A stretch of 63,812 nucleotides of DNA, filler included, from Choristocarpus tenellus KU-1152 (taxonomy: Eukaryota > Protista > Phaeophyceae): the NCBI GenBank assembly GCA_964200185.2. It is 10 parts of 10 records of this genome, joined end to end, with 100 filler letters (N's around TTAATTAATTAA, not from the genome) between each part and the next. Parts side by side here need not be neighbours in the genome. Positions count along the whole stretch, not along the records: positions 10,469 to 20,578 come from CAXNAD020003146.1; positions 20,679 to 31,355 come from CAXNAD020002794.1; 8 more parts are not named here. One strand, given 5' to 3'. Below, in pieces: positions 10,971 to 24,001 of this stretch (positions within the stretch are counted from its first letter, which is position 1; each line of letters begins with the position of its first letter). The translations under genes were made by a program, and so were the position numbers. Below the pieces are notes generated by a model. That model saw only the letters and a program-made list of their open reading frames with translations. It did no database searches and was not told the origin of the DNA.

Positions 10971-13900
10971 TTTCCATCTCTTCTTTTAACTTTGTTGCAC
11001 TTTGCTGCATGGCACCACACCGTGCTGCACGGTCATATGTAAGTAATATTTCTTCTCTTGTATGTATATTCATGAATGGTCCCATAAGCACACTGCATTT
11101 GCAAAGGGGAGCTGAGACAAGAGTTATATAAAGATAGGATTACTGGGAGTTTACAATTTTCGCTGTGGGGGAGTGTGAGGAAGGATGAAGGAGGACCAAG
11201 GGTTCTCCGCAGGTGCGGTTACTGTTGTGACAAGTACGAAATCATAGACCTGATCAGTACCTTCTTGCGAGCAAGACCTGCACTTTTTCTCAATCGATCT
11301 TCCAATTCCTCAGCCCTCAAAATTGCAGCCTCATGTGCCTCTTCAAGAGCTCGTTTCTTCTCACGATTAAAAGCCTGTCAGATCAATGTAGGGCTTTGAA
11401 TAAGGTCTGAGCAAGCACCAAAACCTCAGGGCTTCGTCTTGTAATGTCTTTTTTCGTGCTTGAAATGGGATTTGGGTTTAGGTTGAGGGTTTGAAAAGCG
11501 ACCTTAGGAGTACAGTGCTTCATGAAGGATAGAGGTTGGCAAGGAGGAATCATCTTTCTTGGAGGTTCATGCTCAAGGTTTGAGGATTAGGTTAAAATAA
11601 GGCGAAGGTGCACTAATGTAGGGCAAGCTAGAACTGGATTAAGTTGTGACTCAAAGTCGAGAAGATAATGAACTAAGGAGATGCAAAGGCAACCATTGAT
11701 AAGAGTGAGTTTCATACCCCAGAGAATAGTACTAATTCAAAGTATTTTCCTGACTCAGCATTCAGCATAAGGTGTGGTGTTGAGTCCTACTGTTGTCTCA
11801 ATCCCGAAGTTCTAAGGGTTGATGCTTGAAATCAGGCTTCTATTTTCTTGATCAGTTTCATGTCACCTTCCGTGCTTGTTCAAGGGATTTTTCCCTATCT
11901 TCTACTGCCTGAGCAGCAGCTTTTCCCATCGCTATCTTTTGACCCTCCTCCCACTTTTCACGGGCCCTCTGAGTTGACTGCGATGGAATGAACGACATAT
12001 TAGGCGTTCAAGATTACTCAGGGGAAAGAGAAACTCATTAGAGCATATTTTCTTGCTATTCAGAGGCGAACCATTGATCCACAGGTGCTTTGTGAGGTGT
12101 TCAAATACTTCGAATTATGTAGAAGAATTCCTTGACAACACTATTTAATTGAAGAGCACAATACAAAAAGGTTTCTACATTGTGATGGTGCAGTAGTCAA
12201 CCTCTTTATCATGGCACTCTAGAAGTGCATGGGTAGGATGGAAAGCTCCTACATGCTGGCAAGTACAGTACTTGTAAACAAAGCTTGAGCAGTTGCTTGG
12301 AGCGCACCCTTTGCCACACTCTATGCACATATCTGTGGGGACTCATTAGCCATTGTGTGGGCTCAGTAGTCTGTCATGATGTCGTACCTTGGCGTTGGCG
12401 GCTATTGTCTTGATCAAATCTTCCTTTGCCTTCTCCTTTGATGCCTCAAGCTGTGATGCATGCTCCTTCAGTCGACCGCGCTCCCCAGCCCACTCAGTTT
12501 TTAGTCTACATAATCCAAGGAGAAAACAAGTTTAAAAGGTGGTGCGGTCCGGGTCTTAACCAATGTGGTCCGTTCTTTTCTAAGGTACTAGGCGTTTTAC
12601 CTAGTTCAACGGATGCTAAGAGATAGGGAGAGCTGTGGTTCCTCGCACGAACACATGCTCAATGGAACTGCAGGAGCCATAGCATTTTGACAGGGTAAGC
12701 TGCTTAATTCCTTGTTTTCTACATTACTCAACCCTCCTGTGCATGTCTATGAAACTGACAACTTCCCAGAATCCCTGGCACCCATATGCAGAAAGTTATG
12801 GTCACTTTCTGAACAAGGTAAAGTGTTGCATTTGAGGCAAAGACCTGAGAGATATTGATACAGTTGGGGGGCTAACAATCTATTAGGAGTCGAGAGTAAA
12901 ATATTGATCCTCACCTTCTGAGCTCTTCAGAGACCTTCTCGGTTGCCAGGTGCTCTCTTTCCCTTGCAGCTTCAACTGCTGCTGTGCGGTCCTTCTCCCC
13001 TTTCACTCTTGCCTCTGCCAGTGCAGCTGTACGTGCCTTGAATGATAGGCAGAAGTAATACAGAAATAGTTACTGAAGCGTTCCCCCATAGCTACAAAAC
13101 CTATACCAGGCACCAGCGTTCATGGGCAACACAAGATGTGAACAAAGTCTCACTTCTGGGAGACGCACAAGGGCAAAGCACCTCTCTTAGCTATATTACC
13201 CTCTAGAAATCTTAAGTTTCAGTATCAGTCTGTGTCCCCAAGCAATGGATGTATCACTCAAGACGCAGAGGATGAATTCACACTTTGTTTTGTGTGATAC
13301 TTGTCCCCCAGAAAAGGAAGCAGGGTGGGAAGCTAGTAGCTTGAGCACTCTTTGATATATATATATATATATATATATGCTCCTCCATAATTCTCTCTCC
13401 CCCACACCTGAGCCACCGCTTTGGCCTGATGCCCAGCCCATTTATCCCTAGCGGCTGTCATTTCTCTCTCAGCGCGAGCTGCTGCTTCCTCTGCAACACA
13501 CCTTCATGACATGAATTGTACCGAAGTATAGTGTGCACAATTGTGGTTTAGTCATGTGGGGAAGGGTAAAATGAGAGGAAGCTAAGATCAATGGCATCCA
13601 TGGCGAGAGGTATGGCAGGAGGTATGTGGACTGATTGAGATGTGGAATAGAGGAAGGGGGTGGAGAGATGAAGCATATGAAAAATGGAGTGGAAGTTAAG
13701 TTAATGGAAGGTAGCACTAGTGCTAGGTCAAGCACACATCTCTTGCTATGCCTGCATGAAGACCTCAATCTATAGATAGCTGTGTCAATAAATCATATAT
13801 GCACCATACATGGGCTTATGGCGATATTAGGTTCTGACATAAAAAGAAACTGCAAGCTCAAGCTAAAGTACAAGTATCCTGCAACCCATGTCCAGCTTGC

Positions 13901-16900
13901 CAGCATCTATTCAATGGACGAAAATGTCTTGGGGGTTAGAATGGAATTGCGTAAAATCTAGGTATTTATAACCTACAGGGGACCTCGATTATTCTTTTCA
14001 GGACTCAGCATAGCACAGAAGCATTGTATCTTGATGGAGAGGTGGTAAGGTAATATTGTGTGTTGTTTGACAGAAAATCCCTCCAGCAATGAGTCCATAT
14101 ATCTGTGCACAATGCATGGCAAACCACACCTATATATGTAATAAGTAAAGGAGGCAAATAATGACTCATGTCGACTTGGAGATCTCAAAGCACCAACTCC
14201 TATCACCTCTCATCCCTCTTCCTCTGCACCTTTTCTCTGCTTCCAGCTCTGCTTCCTGGCGCCGCCTCAGCTCTTCAATTGTTGCGCGGGCACCAGCCTT
14301 CACCTGCTCCAGTGCCTTTTCTGCTGCTTCCTGCAGCTGTTCTGCCTCTGCAGTGGCAAGACGACCTCTGTCCTCTCTACCGCGCTCATATGCTGCTGCC
14401 TGAGTTCATCCATGTTGCCGTGATAGGGGATATTGTGCATCAAACGTGGTAGTCCATTATTGTAACAATAGCTCTCTATGGAGAAGTGAGAATACAAGGC
14501 GATATATTCCCGGGTATCAGGTGTGGCATATAGAGGCTCCAGTACAGGAAGCAGGGCGAGAACCATGACATTAACACCCTCTCAACAGCCTCACTATTTT
14601 AGGCTATATCCACTTCCAAAGCCTGTGGCTTTTCTTCTAGTACTGAGGCAGCACGTTTGTATGCAGATTCCTCCTATGAATTATAGGAATAAGGGAGGGA
14701 ACAAGGTTAATCATGTGGTCAACATTTTCCTTGCAATCCGTTTCTGTATTAACCTCCATTCCACCCTATGCAAGTCTTGCCTGTTCTGCTGCTGCTCGAG
14801 CCTCTGCTTCCATGCAAGCCTTCTCCCATTTCCCACCTTCCAGCTTCACCGCCCTCTCTCTTGTCTCTGCCAGCTCCTTCTCTAATTTTTCCCTTCCCTC
14901 AGATGCTTCAGCTTCCCATTGTTGCCGTGCTGCAGCAACCTCTGCCTTCGCCTCTAATACCTCTGCTAAATTGTGCTCCTTCACTTCTGCTATCCGTTCC
15001 TCCCACCTGGCATCCAGGGCTATCCGTTCCTCTTCAAAGGAAACCTTTGCCTTGGTGGTGCCCTCCTCCACACCCAACAGACGTGCCTCTTCTTCCCGAA
15101 CAGAGCCTTTTTCCCGCTCACAAACTACAGCTGCTTCAACAACGGCTTCTCCATCCCTGCGGAGGCGCTCACGCTCCCTAAGGGGGGATGTGGGTAAATG
15201 TGTGAGATGGGTACAAGTCTGGTTGTCCAAGGAGCAGGAAGGAAGGTAAAATAACAATGTGGAGGGGCGTGACAGGGATAGAGGATAGAGCGTAGGCATG
15301 GAAGATGTTGGAGGGACCAATTGCTTGCACAGATGCAGGAGAGGAGCTTCATAATATACTTTAAAACAGTGAAAGTAGCCTTGGTTATGGTGGTTGGGCA
15401 GCGGAGGGACACAAGGGTGGTGAAACACAGGCAATCCAGCTTGGAACACAACTGGGAGGTTGTTGCTGGACTTGGTACTGTCACTGAAGTTAGGGTAACA
15501 ATAAGCTTGGTGCTCTGGGGCATTTCGAGCCTGGTCCCACACACATAAACCTGTGCACTAGTAATTGTTAAGCGACAGAATCTAGGTGTCAGTTGGGATG
15601 GGGCTTGGAGGGTTAGGTATTTGTAAGAGGGCAAGAGAGGATGAAGACAACAGGGGATTTGATTCACAGGAACCACAGGAATTGTTACCAAAAGGATCTT
15701 GAGGTAGGATGCACGATGAGTGCTGTTGGCAGAGAGAATTTTCACAACTTTGGGATTGGATGACAAGGTAGGTTCGTTCAGTGTGAAGGGGTGTGGGGGG
15801 AGTTGCAGCCAGTACAATACAGTCAGTGTAAATTGGCGAGTGACTCCAGCGCACAAAGATGTACCTTAATTGTACCCCATCTCGGGTTACTACAGTGAGT
15901 GGATTTCAATGACAGCTCAAGCACACTGTGCTCTATGCTCTAAATAGGGATGATGTAGGCTGTGTAAGTCTTCCTGTACACCACTTCTATCCTTTTCGAG
16001 GGTACATCATTGCTGGGTAGAGCCAGTGTGAGAGCTTTATCGTATGGACAGTAGTTGCCACACCCTACATAACAGCAGTTTTCATGAGAGCGAAATGTAA
16101 GTCATATGACAGCAACCATAGTTGGTTTTCTTGGTTCTCCTACCCCCTAAGTCGATTTCCTGCCTCTTAACCCACCCCATCCATCCTGCTGTATCTCCCC
16201 TACTTCTCACATGTGGAATGCCTCTTGGATTTCCTTTAAAATTGCGTCATGCTCCCTCCCTGCTGCCTCTAGTGCCTCCCGAGTGCCTGACTCTGCCTTT
16301 GAAAGGTTTTCATTCAGCACTCCTCTCCACTTCTCATCCAAATCCTCCTTCTCCTTTGCCCTTACCTCCATTGCTGCCTTGTCTGCCTTCGTCAGGGCCT
16401 CCTGGAAGGTCAGTCGATCACCAGAGGGCCAATACCGATAAAGAAGTTGCAAAGCCAGTTCATTCCCATTCCCCGAAAAAAGACATGTAAGTGGGGGTGG
16501 GAGCGAGGAAATTATAGGATAGACATTGGAACCCTCACATATGCACCAATACCATTTTCATATGTATCGTAGGCAAGAATGGGGTGAGACAAGTTAATCG
16601 GGCTGCATCAAGGTAGACTATCGACTTTGACAAATTTCTTTTGTAAGTCGAAGTGGGTGGATTTCAGATTTATCGAAGCACGGTAGAAGCCCCTTAAAAA
16701 AACTGGCCAAACAGCTCTTCAGATTGTTGGACACTCCAATGACAGTGATATAGTTGTTTGTAGGAAATTTCCGATTTGTAGCTTGTGGTGTGGACTGGTA
16801 GGCCAATTTGAATCACTTCCAAGTATGGAACGATTGAAGTACTATCAATAGTGGATGCAAAGTGCTCCTTGTGCACTGATGAAGTACTACAGTACAAGCA

Positions 16901-19900
16901 AACGCTAAGTATTCATAGGAGTAGTATCAGCCACTAGTGTGAGGTGTGGACGTGGCATGGGATTAGGATTTAGTGGTGCACCGTACTTCACATTTGGAAC
17001 AAGCAACTGTCATGTCTTATTTATTGAGAAGGGTTATGCACCCCTTTCTTCTGAGAAGGAAAGTATAAGGCTTCCTTCAGGAAAGAACAGGTGTTACTGT
17101 TGATTGCCCTTGTGTCTAAATCGGCTGGAGATTATAAACATGTGTTCTACATACAGCTATCCAAATCAGCATAGAGTTAACTTAACCATACAACTGAGTG
17201 TTGACACTGGATGAGTGCAAAACATTTTTGATACACAATAATGGTGGCAGTCGTTCATGAGCTATTGCATTTCCTGACACAGCCATAAAATTGTTGACAA
17301 AGTTAATGCTCCTAATATTTGCAGCTTGCAGTCAAGGTTTCCATGCTCAGTGCACCAAGATCTGTTTGGATCATGACTACTGCAAACCCAGTGCCTATCC
17401 AAAGGCAATACCCTCTGTTGCTTATGAACCTGATTCCAAGGAGGTTTAGATAGTTTAGATATCAGAGTACCTTTCATCAATGTGCAATGGTGCCTGACCC
17501 ATTTTTTGTGGACTGTAGCGAGAGCAGGATGCATCGATGGAAATGCATTCCCTTCTCAGGCAACATTGTAACCCCAAATTGTGGTTTGCTGATGGCATGA
17601 GTTCACTGCCGAGAATTCCCCTTCCCTATCACACAGATGTCATTGGCACCTTGAATCTTATATAGTACTGATCTATTTGATACCTAATACTCCGGAGTAC
17701 AAAGGTGTACAACCTATTCCTTTGTTCTTCGTGTTGGTTCACAGTGTGTCCAACCAATCAATACACTGCACTCACAATCATGGTATGAAGTATGGATGGA
17801 AGGCCTTAAAGTATATGTTGTCACTACCTATTTCTTGATACTGAGTCTATTGAAGTTACTCAATGTATCCATCATTGCGGGTGTTTTGAAATTCCTACAC
17901 CATCCCATTCACCACATATTGTATACACCTCTCAACATACACTTTGTCCTAAAGGATGACAACTTCATTGCTCAATGGGAGCATGTTTACTTGCCTCCAT
18001 TCTGGCTGTAGCATGTAGCTCAGCCTGCAACACAGCATCTTGTACTTGTCCACGGTGTTTTGCTGATCTGGCCTCTAACTCCTCTCTTCACACATGGTAT
18101 TTCATACATTTACCCAATCGATTAGCATATTTCCGAATGGGAGAGAGAACGAGCATATGCCGCAGTGAGATAGATGCCGAAAGCAAAGATAAGGATGCTG
18201 AGCGGTGAATGTCTTGGAAGGAATGTCATCACTTCAATGCAAAAGAATATTGGGACGAGTCAGCGCAAACCTTTATCTCTAAAGGACAGCATGCACTGAT
18301 AAAAATCTGCATTTCTCAACTAGACTCGGCACAAGAGTATGCATTTATCCTTGGGTGTGAATAACCTCATCATTATGGTATGGATAAACGTGTGCATCCT
18401 ATCCCATACCTGAGAGCCTTGACCTCTGCAATGTGAGCACTCTCCACCTCCCTAGACTCGTCTAATGCTTGACCCAAAACTGCCTCAACAGCAGTGGCCT
18501 TGTCTTCCTCAGCTTGCTCAAGCAGAACAGAGCGCTCTGCATGGAAGGCTTCCCTGGCCTCTTCCAACTTACTATTAGAGTCCTCTACAGCTTTTGCGGT
18601 TAGCTCCTGCGGGGTTTGATTAGTGGGGGATGTGGGTTTAGGGATGTGATGCATGAGAAATGGAAGTCAGATCAGGGGAGCATGGTTTGAGGAGCGAAGT
18701 GTGCGTTTGAGTTTGGGATATGCGAGATGCCAGATACAGGGCTGTGTATGATTGGGGTATGGTTGCTCCTCCAGTGTTACATACTGCCAAGAGGGCTACA
18801 GTGCAGGATGCTGATGAGCATCTGCCTTTATGGAGACAATGTTGTTGGGTTGAGGTGGACGTGAGGTGTGTCTTCTATCACTCCTATGATGAGTAGCTAG
18901 AATTGATAACAACAAGGTTCAGGCAAAGGTAGTACAGTTGCTTATGAGTTCTCATAGCATACTTAGGCACCACAGTCCAAAGTTTGCTGCAATAGTCACT
19001 ATTAGGAGGTGAGAACATAATCTGTGCCCTCTGTCATCTATCCCCAGTCCATTTGCCTGGACTCGTTTTTGATCCACGCTTCATTCTTAACACATCCAAA
19101 TTTTATTGCACAAAATTGCTGTGTCATTTTCTGGTCAAGTGTTCCGTGAAAGCACCAATAAGTCTGCATATTTTGCCGACAACAGTGAAGATCGGTCCTC
19201 AATAACAACACAATGACAGCAAGTACCCCTTCCCAATCTTCCCTCATGCACCCCTGTGCTCGAAGGGCATTGTGCTTGCTTTTTGTGTCGTTTAGTTCCA
19301 TCCTCCCCACAGATTGTGTCCCAAACTGCAATCACAGCACTGCAAAAAAAGGTTCACAGTATCTGGGAGGGAGTGGCGGCTGTCCATCTGGGGCCTAATT
19401 TTCCATGTGTCGGATGGATAATGTAAGTGCACTTTTCCTGTTCAGAGCCCAAATGGACACCCTGGAGTAGACCCCCACCACCACCACCACCAGATACTTT
19501 GAGCCAAAACTAATTGAACTTTTTTCACTGTCCCTCACCAAAATGCTGTCTCCTCCCATCTTTATCCTACTGGTCCCGTCTACGGTACCGTAGCACTGCA
19601 CTGCCTACTCTCCTCAAAATCTTTCGGTTTTCAAATGTGCTCTTTGAAAAACAGATGCAAGAAATGCCTTAAAGACGTCTTTTTCTCATCATCCAGCCCA
19701 TGGTAGGTTATATCATTGATTAGGATATCAATGATATCAATGAAGAAAACCCAACAGGCCCCATAGGGTCCCTTGAAATCCTCCCCTATGCGGAGGCTTC
19801 CATGCATTTCTATTGCTGACTGTGATGTCTACGTATTGTGCTTCAAATCTTGAGTGTTTTGTACCAACATCTTGTGCTTCATATATTTCATTTTCCATGC

Positions 19901-20097
19901 CACAAACCTCAAGAGCATTCTCTTGTACCCTTCTAGCTCTCTCCCCAGCCTCCCTTAAAGCATTACGGGTGCGATCCCTGACATCCCTTTGAGCTTCCAT
20001 TATTGCTGCCCCTGCAGCCATCCTCCCAAAGGCTGACACACGTCTCATTTTTTGCCACTGTGAGAGCCCTTGAGCTAGTCTCTCCGCAGCCAACAAC
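10971..20097 (-). CDS. Long Glu/Ala/Arg-rich coiled-coil protein, multi-exon, partial at both ends
   Basis: Phase-consistent exon chain: 20097-19908, 18606-18410, 18085-17995, 16401-16211, 15177-14781, 14399-14230, 13501-13408, 13036-12915, 12505-12388, 11977-11867, 11374-11261, and probably 11004-10971. Example peptide: EEERIALDARWEERIAEVKEHNLAEVLEAKAEVAAARQQWEAEASEGREKLEKEL. Two donors are GC. Confidence 0.85.
15270..15900 (-). mobile_element. Decayed LINE 3'-region remnant (intronic)
   Basis: Frameshifted PSYKYLTLQAPSQLTPRFCRL..GTR / RNAPEHQAYC resembles the YL..R..L.R.R....GR...R.C C-terminal region of RTEX/CR1-like ORF2. Confidence 0.35.
16600..17750 (-). mobile_element. Decayed LINE remnant (intronic)
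   Basis: ALTLSTILW resembles AVVLSTLLYG; TISLSLECPT resembles the HxLxxC zinc-knuckle tail; many stops. Confidence 0.35.
19351..19505 (+). mobile_element. MITE family B (internally deleted), TSD AAAA
   Basis: Termini ggttcacagtatctggg ... cagatactttgagcc; aaaa on both flanks. Confidence 0.85.
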
Positions 20098-20356
20098 CTA
20101 CGGGAGGCAAGCTCCTTGTCTGCATTGGCATTGGGTATGGGGGTGAACGTGGAAACTCAATATTTGATCTTTGCAAGCAGTGCCATGCAATCACAATGGG
20201 ACATTGTTCAGGGAAGAGAGGAGACGGGCAGATATTGTAAGGATAACTATCCTTTTACGGATGCTAAGGGGTTGCAATAGATATTTCAAGACTCAACTTT
20301 CAGAAGAATATGGCAATTAACACAGCCTCAAAATCTGGGGCTTCCTCTACATCAAT

Positions 20357-20578
20357 GAATGAAAGTATCTTAGAGGGTATGAGGTTTCCCTGTTTGTCTG
20401 GGCTCAAAGTATCTGGGGGGGGTGGGTGGTGGCTGTCCATTTGGTGCCAATTTTTTCATGTCGCGATTTTTGGGTGATTTGATTCCATACGTCGGATGGA
20501 TAATGGAAGTGCACTTTTCCTGATTATGGCCCAAATGGACACCCTGATGTAGACCCCCCCCCCCCCCTAATTCTTTGG
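20357..20578. mobile_element. MITE family A end (20357-20400) directly followed by MITE family B (20401-20578)
   Basis: gaatgaaagtatcttagagggt..tttgtctg switches abruptly to ggctcaaagtatctggggg; the B copy runs to the contig end. Confidence 0.8.
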
Positions 20579-20678
20579 NNNNNNNNNNNNNNNNNNNNNN
20601 NNNNNNNNNNNNNNNNNNNNNNTTAATTAATTAANNNNNNNNNNNNNNNNNNNNNNNNNNNNNNNNNNNNNNNNNNNN

Positions 20679-20910
20679 CGCGTCCATTTGGGCATCAAAA
20701 TTCAATGTTGCGATTTTGATGTAATTTTGGCTATCGTGTTTGTTAGGAAGTGTCAATATCCATGTTCCAGACACGTCTTTTCATAAAATATACACTTTAC
20801 CTACTCCTAAATATTCTGGGTAAAAAAAAAATCATAAAATAACCCATGGGAAGTCAAGCCCCAGATGGACGAAAAAGGCAAAACTCGTACCCTCTAAGAT
20901 ACTTTCTCTC
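20679..20910 (+). mobile_element. MITE family A, near-complete (contig start)
   Basis: Starts at cgcgtccatttggg and ends accctctaagatactttctctc. Confidence 0.88.
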
Positions 20911-21003
20911 TTTTGACTCTCACTCCCAGTCTCGCTCCCTATTGTGGAAGCCTCTTCTTCGTCTTTTGTATCCATGTCTTCATCGAGCTCAGACTCCCCC
21001 AGT

Positions 21004-21261
21004 GAGTCAAAGTATCTTAGAGGGTAGAGCCGCGTCCATTTGGGGGTAAAAATCCAATGTTGCGATTTTGGTGTAATTTTGACTATCGTGTTTGCTAGGA
21101 AGTGTCAATATCCATATTCTGGACACACCATTTCCTAACGCATATATTTTACCTACTCCGAAATAATTTGTAGTAGGAAAATATCATTAAAAAAAAATGG
21201 GAAGCCAAGCCTCAAATGGACAAACAGGGCAAAACTCGCACCCTCTAAGATACTTTCACTT
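21004..21261 (+). mobile_element. MITE family A, full copy (258 bp) inserted in the Copia element
   Basis: TIRs gagtcaaagtatcttagagggt / accctctaagatactttcactt; flanks agt/agt. Confidence 0.9.
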
Positions 21262-21306
21262 AGTATGTCCAGCTCTGACCCCCCCACTAGCTCTAGCAGT
21301 TTGGCT

Positions 21307-22347
21307 TCAGGCTGGAAAGTCACCTACGCTGAGGTCACTGCCTTCCTGTGGAATCCACACGTGCCAACATAGTGATGCCCTGTCGCGCCCTATGAGGGTC
21401 CCCCTCTTCACGTATGGATGGAACTTGGCATTGGTGCCACGCTGTTGCTTAGTCTGATGCACAAAACACTCCGTCCCGAACACACGGAGTCGCTCGTAGT
21501 TAAAAGGTTTGTTGGTCAGGTGCTCATATGGTGTCTCACCTCCTAAGTACTCGTGCGGCATTCCTGTGGTCTTGTATGTGGTGTCTGCCACAGCTGCAAA
21601 AAACCAGAACTCCTCCCCCAGTCCAGCTTGAATCAGCTGGCTGTGCGCCGCTTGCATCACCTGTTTTATTGCCCGCTCAGCAATTCCGTTGCTCTGGGGT
21701 GTGCGTAGGGGGCTCTTGCGCCATTTCACGCCCCGCTCTGTCAGCATGCGCTGGAATTTTATGCTCCTCCCGAACTCGCCAGCGCCATCTCCACTGATGC
21801 ACCTCACCACCACCCCTTCTTGAGCCATCTCGTCGATGTAGGCAGCGGTGGTCGCTGTAGTGGCGTCCTTGGTACGCAGACCTATCACACGCTTCTCCCT
21901 GCTGGCCTCGTCCACAAACAACTGAAAATACTTCATGCCCGTCACGTCTGGGTCAAAGGTTCCCTCCATGTCTGTGTGCACCACCTCCCCCACTGTCTTG
22001 GCACTGCGACCTCCCCGCGCGTAAATGAGTGCCTCGGATTTGCACTCCTTGCATGCCTTGCAGAGGAGCTCTGAAGCGACTGTAGTATCTGAGATGTCCA
22101 GGAGACCTCGTTTCTCCAGGTACTTTATCACGAAGGGGTTGAGGTGACCCATGATTCTAGGCCAGTCGGAGAGGGAGAGACGCTGTTGCTTATTGGCATA
22201 GCTAGCATTAATCTTTGCCTTGCCTTTGTTCCCTTTTTTCGCCTGGAACTGGGCCCGCAGTATTAAGAAAGCTCCCTTCTCCTCGAAATGGATTTTGGCT
22301 GCTCCCTTATTGGCCTGAATGTAGCTCCTCCTAATCTCTGAGTCCAC
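21307..22347 (-). pseudogene. Copia GAG-pre-integrase and integrase (rve) region
   Basis: WPRIMGHLN...CKACKECK (degenerate HHCC); VHTDMEG, FVDEASR, ISGDGAGEF and TPQSNGIAER (DDE core); LRVFGTECFVH and KRGTLIG (SH3-like region). Confidence 0.92.
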
Positions 22348-22410
22348 AGATTCACCTCCCTTGCGCCGCAGGCTGCCTGTGCAAAGAAGCCTGCATGGCA
22401 GACCCGGTAC

Positions 22411-22695
22411 CTAAAGCACGTCCTGGAGTACAATCTTGGTCGGCGAGCCCGTCTCATTAATTGCCTCTGGGACCATCTCACCACTTGTTCGCGCGTTCAA
22501 TGTACCTTTGTTTCCAAATGTGCATGTGCGGGTGATAGCTGTTGCTGCAGTGAGGTCCTGCAGTCGAGGGGTAAGGTGTAAGTTTGCACCAGAGTCACAC
22601 AGTAGGCTGATGGTGTTGGTCTTTTCTTGAGATGAGGATAGGAGCGCTGTCTCGACCAGCCTATTGTATACGTCCTCCCCCACAGACACAATCAT
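22411..22695 (-). pseudogene. Copia aspartic protease region
   Basis: LLCDSGANLHLT active-site motif and a LQDVL tail. Confidence 0.8.
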
Positions 22696-22891
22696 GGCCA
22701 GGAATGTCCGTGATGATCCCTGGCAATCAGTCTTGCCTCCGCCTCTTCCACCGCTGCTCCGTTCCTTGGTGGTGGTGGAAATTTTGGTGTCGCCCCAAAC
22801 CCGTGGGGGCGCTTAGCAGGAGGTTTGCCAGCCAAGTATGAGTGGCATTCTCTCCATCTGTGGTTAATTTAAGGCAGAACGCACATTGGTT

Positions 22892-23596
22892 TTAAACGAG
22901 GCCGCTCCCGGACCCCTGTCGCCCTGTCTGATTCTCTGCTTCTGTGTGGAGTGCCATAGCCCCTGAGCTCCTAGTGGTTTCTCCTGTGACCTCTGTGGCC
23001 ATATATGAACATGATGAGATGATGGCGGTTTTAAGCTGGTCATACGTGAGATCCGGAGCTGTTGACAGCTGTACAAACACCTGTGGCATGCTTTCCCTGA
23101 TGTCTATCATTAAAGCCCCTTTCTTGGCGTGATCCTCCTTTGTTGCCTCCAGCTGTTCGTACTCGGTCCAGGCATGATCAAGTCGAATGACAAAGTCTGC
23201 AGCATCCTCCACTGATGAGCAGTACATGTCGCACAGCTTCATATCGAGAGCAATGAGCTGCATGGGCCGCTGAATTGCAGCACGCCCCCCATAAATTTGC
23301 TCCAACTCGATCCAGGCTTCCCTCTCGCCAGGGCCGCCGTTATGCTCATGTGTGCTGACCACCATCGCTGCAGCCCCCTCGTTGCCTGGCCTAGCAGGAA
23401 CCACAAGGCCTCGCGATGCTTGACGTATTCCTCGTACGCACAGCGTTCCTCGAACAATGTATGAGCCGTGGGGGGTACAGGAATGCGATATACTGGTTGG
23501 AGGATGCGGTACAGTCCCTTGCCGCCTGCATAGCTCACCAGCGCCATCCGCCATTCTGCCCACTTCTCTCTTGTATGCCCCTGCGCTCAACTCCAT
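22892..23596 (-). pseudogene. Copia gag region (UBN2-like), frameshifted
   Basis: GEREAWIELEQIYG ... DFVIRLDHAWTEYEQL ... LTYDQLKTAI; lies immediately downstream of the PBS. Confidence 0.75.
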
Positions 23597-23633
23597 AGTG
23601 GCTGCTTTAGTGGGTCCGTTTCCATACCAATGA

Positions 23634-23907
23634 GGCTCATAACCTATGCAAAAGAGAGCTATTCTAATAGAGTATTTGCTTTATGAGGTTTGGATGTATT
23701 TATTAGCGGAGTGAGAACATCCCTCGAGGTGGAGGGGGTGCTCTGCCTTATTATCTACTGCACACGTCAGCAGACGTATCAAAATGTGCTTGTGTCAGAC
23801 ACACTACTTCATTTATCCTCCGTCAACCACTTACATTATGTAATAAGGAAGCAATTCACCGAGATTCGAACTTATTACTCTAAGCACACAGAAACAAGCC
23901 ATTGACA
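23634..23907 (-). repeat. Copia 5' LTR (about 23647-23907, TG...CA) plus primer-binding site (23634-23644)
   Basis: Minus strand reads TGTCAATGG...TTTTGCA, then TA, then GGTTATGAGCC, which matches the Copia half-tRNA-iMet PBS. The LTR start is inferred because there is no second LTR to compare. Confidence 0.65.
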
Positions 23908-24001
23908 TTATCTCCACTCAGTCAACATTTCTGATACATAGCCCCCCCCCCGAGGCACAGGACTAGGTAGATGGGAAGCAAAGGACGACAGTAGTAACTG
24001 A

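Larger units (their letters stand above)
20911..23907 (-). mobile_element. Ty1/Copia LTR retrotransposon, decayed; 5' LTR-PBS-gag-PR-IN present, RT/RNaseH not in this contig
   Basis: Domain order gag, PR, IN on the minus strand; PBS GGTTATGAGCC; frameshifts and stops between the pieces; two MITE-A insertions in the region after IN. Confidence 0.93.

Noticed and set aside
14713-15856. 258-aa, 243-aa and 178-aa ORFs as stand-alone genes
   Set aside because: Only 15177-14781 is a real exon. The rest is intronic LINE debris or the antisense shadow of the coiled-coil exon.
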